Shown here one piece after another: positions 54,804 through 59,319 of a stretch of DNA of 59,319 nucleotides; the stretch's first letter is position 1, and the number at the start of each line of letters is the position of its first letter. A model generated the notes under the pieces. It was not told the DNA's origin and made no database searches. It was given only the letters and a program-made list of their open reading frames with translations. Source of the stretch: Candidatus Acidiferrales bacterium (GTDB lineage: Bacteria; Vulcanimicrobiota; Vulcanimicrobiia; Vulcanimicrobiales; Vulcanimicrobiaceae); NCBI GenBank assembly GCA_035502675.1, contig DATJUC010000222.1:1-59319 (forward strand), written 5' to 3'. The position numbers and the translations under genes were made by a program.

Positions 54804-54967
54804 GCTTAGATGCCCGCCTCATTCGCGACGGTGCCGATTCCGAATGCCCGTTGATGCGAATACTGCAACTGCGTAAACTTTCTCGTAACCGCCGGTGCCG
54901 TTGCGGAGCTTCGACCTTGGATGCTCGTAGACCGCCGAGATGCGAGGAACTTCGTGCCGCGAACAGA

Positions 54968-55885
54968 ATGCCGCGAGCCTTGATCAACGCGTCCACGGCC
55001 TTGACGAATCGCCACGGCGAACGAGTCGAGGTCGCACCGGTCGGGGCCGGTATCACGGCCGTTTGCGTTCGCGATCGCCTGGGGCGGATCGCGGACGTCA
55101 GCGTCGCCGAAGGCGGGAGCGCCGGCAAGATCGTGGGACGGTTTGCGAACAGGATCGCTAACGGCCGCTTCGCACTCGACGGTCGCGTCTACCACCTCGC
55201 CACCAACGAAGGCCAGAATACGCTCCACGGCGGCCCGGAAGGCTTCGCCAAGCGCAAATGGGAGATGGTGCCGCGGAGCAACTCCGACCGGCGGACGAAT
55301 GCGGTCGAATGCACGCTGCGCAGTGCCGACGGCGATCAGGGATTTCCGGGTAACTTACATTGCGTCGTCGTCTACTCGTTCGACGACGAAAGCGCGCTTC
55401 GCATCGACTATACGGCGACTACCGACGCACCGACCGTCGTCAATTTGACGAATCACGTCTACTTCAATCTTGCTGCCGACGGCTCGCCGGTTGCGGCGCA
55501 GCAGTTACGCATCGCCGCATCCGCCTACACGCCGGTCGACCGCGCGTCGATCCCGACCGGCGAGATCGCCGGCGTCGCCGGCACGGCGCGCGATTTTCGC
55601 CGCATGCGTCCGATCGGTCGCGAGCCGTTCGACGCCAACTTCGTGCTCGACGGCTGGAACGGCGAGCTGCGCCGGGTTGCAGAGGCGTTCGACGAGCGTT
55701 CCGGCCGCCGGCTCGTCGTGGAAACTACCGAGCCGGGCTTACAACTCTATACCGGTAAGACCGACGGATTTGCGCTGGAGGCGCAGCACTTTCCCGACTC
55801 GCCCAATCATTCGAACTTCCCGTCGACCGCACTGCGGCCCGGGCAAACGTTTCGAGCGACGACGATCTATCGGTTTTCGGCGTAA
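54968..55885 (+). CDS. galM: Aldose 1-epimerase (galactose mutarotase family)
   Basis: ORF 54761..55885 trimmed to the ATG at 54968 (305 aa). GKIVGRFANRIANGRFALDGRVYHLATNEGQNTLHGGPEGFAKRKWEM, NLTNHVYFNL and LEAQHFPDSPN. Start uncertain; the protein is shorter than typical GalM. Confidence 0.75.
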   Translation: MPRALINASTALTNRHGERVEVAPVGAGITAVCVRDRLGRIADVSVAEGGSAGKIVGRFANRIANGRFALDGRVYHLATNEGQNTLHGGPEGFAKRKWEMVPRSNSDRRTNAVECTLRSADGDQGFPGNLHCVVVYSFDDESALRIDYTATTDAPTVVNLTNHVYFNLAADGSPVAAQQLRIAASAYTPVDRASIPTGEIAGVAGTARDFRRMRPIGREPFDANFVLDGWNGELRRVAEAFDERSGRRLVVETTEPGLQLYTGKTDGFALEAQHFPDSPNHSNFPSTALRPGQTFRATTIYRFSA

Positions 55886-55900
55886 GCCGCGCGGACGGCG

Positions 55901-57730
55901 CTAGCGTGCCGCGGAGGCTTCGCGCTTGCGCAGCTTCAGGCGTTCGCCCTCGTCGAGGATCCGTTTGCGGAGGCGAATCGATTTCGGCGTGACCTCGACC
56001 AGCTCGTCGTCCTCGATGAACTCGATGGCTCGCTCGAGCGAAAGTTCGTCGGGCGGCGCGAGCTTGACGTTGTCGTCCGAGCCGGCGGCGCGCATGTTCG
56101 TCAGTTTTTTCTCGCGCACGACGTTGAGCGCGATGTCCTTGTCGTCGTTGGCGCGACCGACGATCATGCCTTCGTAGACTTCGACGCCCGGCCCGATGAA
56201 GTACTCGCCGCGCTGTTCGACGCCCATCAACGCGTAGCCGGTCGTGCGGCCGGTGTCGCTCGCGACCAGCGCGCCGACGTTGCGGCCGGGGAGTTCGCCT
56301 TGCCACTCCTGGTGGTCGTAATACGTGTGCGACATGACGGCCGTGCCGCGCGTGAGCGTGAGCAGCTCGCCGCGCAGTCCGAAGATCGCGCGGGTCGGCA
56401 TGGTATATTCGAGTCGCCGCGAGTCGCCGACGTTGATCATGTTCGACATCGCGGCCTTACGTTTCCCCAGCGCTTCGATGACGGCGCCCGCGTACGTTTC
56501 GGGAACGTCGACGACGACGTACTCCACCGGCTCCCAGCGTTTGCCGTCGCGCTCCGTGACGATCACGCGCGGTTTGGAGACCGCCAGCTCGTAGCCTTCG
56601 CGCCGCATCGTCTCGATCAAGATCGAGAGATGCAGCTCTCCGCGGCCGCGAACTTCGAAGGTGTCGGCCGAGGCCGTGTCCGTCACCCGCAAGGCGACGT
56701 TGGATTCGAGCTCGCGCATGAGGCGTTCGCGGATCTGGCGCGACGTCAAGAACTTGCCTTCGCGTCCGGCAAACGGCGAGTTGTTCACGCTGAAGAACAT
56801 CGAAACCGTCGGCTCGTCGATGGCCACGGCGTGGATGCCCTCGGGCGTCGCCGCGTCGGCGATCGTATCGCCGATGTTCAGATCGTCGATGCCCGAGACG
56901 CACACGATGTCGCCCGCCGACGCTTCCTCGACTTCGATGCGCTCCAGGCCTTGGAAGGTCAACAGCGTCGTCAGGCGCAGGCCGGTTGCCACGCTTGCAT
57001 CGCGGGCGACCTTGGCAATCGGCGCGTTGACGCGCGAGGTTCCGCGGAAAATGCGTCCGATGCCGATGCGCCCGACGTACTTGTTGTGATCGATTGCCGA
57101 GATGAGCAGCTGAAACGGACCGTCTTCGGACGGCGCTTCGGGAACGTGCGAGACGATCGTCTCGAAGAGCGGCTCGAGCGACTGACCGGACTCCTCGAGC
57201 GTGCGCGCCGCCGTGCCGGCCTTGGCGTTGGTGAACAGGACCGGGAACTCGGCTTGTTCGTCGCTCGCGCCCAGCTCGACGAAGAGATCGAAGGTTTCGT
57301 TGACGACCTCGCGCGGCCGCGCGTCTTTGCGATCGATTTTGTTGATGACCACGATGGCACGCAGGTCGAGCTCCAGCGCCTTGCGCAGCACGAAGCGCGT
57401 CTGCGGCATGACGCCTTCGGCTGCGTCGACGAGCAGCAGCACGCCCTGCACCATCTGCAGCACGCGCTCGACCTCGCCGCCGAAATCGGCGTGCCCCGGA
57501 GTGTCGACGATGTTGAACTTCACGTCGCCGTGCCGGACGGCCGTGTTTTTCGCGAGAATGGTAATGCCGCGCTCGCGCTCGAGCGGATTAGAGTCGAGAA
57601 CGCGCTTTTCGACGTGCTGTCCCTCGCGGAAGACCCCGCTCTGCTTGAGCATGGCGTCCACGAGCGTCGTCTTGCCGTGATCGACGTGCGCGATGATCGC
57701 AACGTTGCGAATGTCGGGGCGGGTTTTCAC
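55901..57730 (-). CDS. typA: Translational GTPase TypA/BipA
   Basis: 609 aa. [46 protein letters not shown], and the TypA-specific C-terminal domain. GTG start. Confidence 0.96.
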   Translation of the reverse strand: MKTRPDIRNVAIIAHVDHGKTTLVDAMLKQSGVFREGQHVEKRVLDSNPLERERGITILAKNTAVRHGDVKFNIVDTPGHADFGGEVERVLQMVQGVLLLVDAAEGVMPQTRFVLRKALELDLRAIVVINKIDRKDARPREVVNETFDLFVELGASDEQAEFPVLFTNAKAGTAARTLEESGQSLEPLFETIVSHVPEAPSEDGPFQLLISAIDHNKYVGRIGIGRIFRGTSRVNAPIAKVARDASVATGLRLTTLLTFQGLERIEVEEASAGDIVCVSGIDDLNIGDTIADAATPEGIHAVAIDEPTVSMFFSVNNSPFAGREGKFLTSRQIRERLMRELESNVALRVTDTASADTFEVRGRGELHLSILIETMRREGYELAVSKPRVIVTERDGKRWEPVEYVVVDVPETYAGAVIEALGKRKAAMSNMINVGDSRRLEYTMPTRAIFGLRGELLTLTRGTAVMSHTYYDHQEWQGELPGRNVGALVASDTGRTTGYALMGVEQRGEYFIGPGVEVYEGMIVGRANDDKDIALNVVREKKLTNMRAAGSDDNVKLAPPDELSLERAIEFIEDDELVEVTPKSIRLRKRILDEGERLKLRKREASAAR

Positions 57731-57753
57731 TGTCGGTGCCGTCTTCGTTGATT

Positions 57754-59037
57754 TTAGTCGTAGCGGGGGAGCGAGAACCAGAAGGTCGTGCGCTTCCCCG
57801 GCTCACTTTCGAGACCGATCGAGCCGTTCATCTTCGTGACGAGCTCGCGACAAATGTAGAGGCCGAGGCCGGTCGAACCGTTGTCGTGCGACAATCGTCC
57901 GAATCGCTTGAAGAGCTTATCCCAGTCGCTTTCGGGGATCCCGACGCCTTCGTTGACGACCGAGACGACGATTTCTCCGCCGCCCGGCCGGACGTCGACG
58001 TGGATCGGGCTCTGCGGATACGAGTATTTGACCGCGTTCGAGAGCAGGTTCGTGATGATCTGGACCAAGCGTCCTTCGTCGGCCAAGACGTTGGAGACCG
58101 GGTCGAGGTAGGCGACGTTGAAGGCGCGCTCGGGGTGCTCGCTGCGGATGCGCGCGATCGACTCCTCGATGATTGCCACCGGAGGGACGCTGGTAATTCG
58201 CAGCGAGAGCTGTCCCGCGTCCATCCGCGAGAGCAGCAGGAAGTCTTCGAAGATGGTGGCCAGCCGCGTGGTCGCGCTGCCGAGAACGCTGAGCAGCTCT
58301 TCGCGCCGCTCCTCGCCCATGGTTTCGTAGTGCGTTTCCAACAACGACGTGGCTCCGCGAATGGCGGCCAGCGGCGACCGGACTTCGTGCGAGACCATCC
58401 CGAAGAACTCGTTTTGGAGTCGCACGTTTTCTTCGAGCAGCTCGCGGCGCTCGACTTCGGAACGGTGCGCCCGCGAGTTGGTCAGCGCGAGTCCGACCAG
58501 ATTGACGAACAGCTGCATCTGCCGCAGCGTATCGATCGAAGGGACCTTGCCGTCGACCGGCCCGTCGACGGAGATGTATCCCTGCATCTCGCCGACGCGA
58601 TCGGGGAGCACGAGCGTGAGCGAATCGCGCTCGTGCCAAGCGTCGGGCGCTTCGCGCGGGTCTTGCCCGGTGCTGCTCCCGACGTAGATAGCGCGCTCCC
58701 AGAACAGCTCGCGCTCCGCCGGATTGTAAAAACAGTTCGGAAGCACTTCGAAGTCCGGAAGAAGGACCGCGAGGATGTCTTCGCGGGCGATTCGTTCGCC
58801 GAGACGGGCGAGCCGAACCGGCTCTTCCCAGCCCAAAAGGATGCGGCGATAGAGATCGCCGGCCGGCTCGTCGGCCGCCACAATGGTCACGTATCGCCAG
58901 CCAAAAAGACTGGAGACCGCTTCGGCAATCGACTCAAGCGGCGAAGCGATGTCCTGCGCTTGGAGGATGTCGTGGGTGATTGCAAGCAGCCGCTCGAGCA
59001 GGTCGCCGCTCGCAGATCGGCCGCGGACGATCTGCAT
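57754..59037 (-). CDS. Cytoplasmic sensor histidine kinase with an N-terminal GAF-like domain
   Basis: ORF 57754..59187 trimmed to the ATG at 59037 (427 aa; start uncertain). H-box FFGMVSHEVRSPLAAI, N-box ITNLLSNAVKYS and G-box GSTGLGLYICRELV. No TM segments. No response regulator is adjacent. Confidence 0.82.
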   Translation of the reverse strand: MQIVRGRSASGDLLERLLAITHDILQAQDIASPLESIAEAVSSLFGWRYVTIVAADEPAGDLYRRILLGWEEPVRLARLGERIAREDILAVLLPDFEVLPNCFYNPAERELFWERAIYVGSSTGQDPREAPDAWHERDSLTLVLPDRVGEMQGYISVDGPVDGKVPSIDTLRQMQLFVNLVGLALTNSRAHRSEVERRELLEENVRLQNEFFGMVSHEVRSPLAAIRGATSLLETHYETMGEERREELLSVLGSATTRLATIFEDFLLLSRMDAGQLSLRITSVPPVAIIEESIARIRSEHPERAFNVAYLDPVSNVLADEGRLVQIITNLLSNAVKYSYPQSPIHVDVRPGGGEIVVSVVNEGVGIPESDWDKLFKRFGRLSHDNGSTGLGLYICRELVTKMNGSIGLESEPGKRTTFWFSLPRYD

Positions 59038-59117
59038 GGACGTACTTTCTTCACAGGCCACCGGCGCCTTCCTTGGTTGGCGGCGGTGGCCAATTGTAAC
59101 GAGTGAGTTTACTGCGC

Positions 59118-59319
59118 CTAGAAGTCGCTCGACCCGTTCGGACTGCCCCACCCCGTCGGGCCGTTGAAACCGTTCCCGGCCACACACACGTACTTCACGC
59201 GGGACGCACAGCGGCCGGTGATCGCCCGCAGGACGTTGGTTCCCGCGGTCACGTTGTTCAGCGAGGCGTGGTTCTGCCAGATCGCCGAGGCGCCGGTCCC
59301 GAAGGTCTTCGCGTTCCCG
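59118..59319 (-). CDS. 3' end of a gene running off the right edge; the C-terminus resembles S53 (sedolisin/kumamolisin) peptidases
   Basis: Not in the ORF track. The reverse complement ends ...WQNHASLNNVTAGTNVLRAITGRCASRVKYVCVAGNGFNGPTGWGSPNGSSDF-stop (TAG at 59120-59118). The xxVTxGxN...AGxGxxGPTGxGSPNG pattern recalls the C-terminal end of S53 peptidase domains. Only 67 codons are visible. Confidence 0.35.
   Translation of the reverse strand, partial: GNAKTFGTGASAIWQNHASLNNVTAGTNVLRAITGRCASRVKYVCVAGNGFNGPTGWGSPNGSSDF

Overview
This is a 59.3-kb, GC-rich, very gene-dense bacterial chromosomal segment. I call about 46 protein-coding genes on both strands. I found no rRNA, tRNA, CRISPR array, transposase, integrase or phage-like gene. 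The largest stretch without a confident gene is about 290 bp (20799-21090).

Housekeeping genes: leuS (5' part, runs off the left edge), comEA, the string tsaE-tsaB-rimI-(hypothetical)-yqeK-rsfS, gyrA, trxA-selA, selB, clpB and typA/bipA.

Catabolic and envelope functions are interleaved with them:
- An omega-aminotransferase + mmsA pair, next to an APC permease and a GntR regulator.
- A putrescine/GABA operon (gabT-patA-aldehyde dehydrogenase), divergent from a PucR-type regulator. A TonB-dependent outer-membrane receptor and a lipoprotein flavin amine oxidase follow the regulator.
- Many secreted hydrolases: two tandem S10 carboxypeptidases, an S9 peptidase, a partial S53-like peptidase, two ~1000-aa sortilin/VPS10-BNR paralogues, a beta-helix lipoprotein, and a beta-propeller-phosphoesterase fusion.

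The TonB-dependent receptor indicates a diderm organism. I cannot place the phylum from sequence alone.

Many ORF-track entries are antisense shadow ORFs, or 5'-over-extended versions of real genes, as expected at this GC content. I trimmed starts by homology logic and by recurring 4-nt NTGA stop/start overlaps.

I do not see a defence-island-like or otherwise clearly new multi-gene system. The most unusual observations are:
1. The putrescine aminotransferase gene has no ATG/GTG/TTG anywhere in its conserved first 119 codons. It apparently starts at ATT directly after, and in frame with, the gabT TAA stop, with AGGAGGGG 8 nt upstream.
2. An amine-catabolism supercluster couples a TonB-dependent receptor to a lipoprotein amine oxidase. 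An 8-mer (GGAGTCTG) is shared by its two regulatory gaps.
3. selA and selB are scattered in unrelated operons, with no visible selC, selD or UGA-containing client gene in the window.
4. Several small ORFs are supported only by translational-coupling geometry.

All functional calls come from my own reading of the translated sequences. No database search was run.
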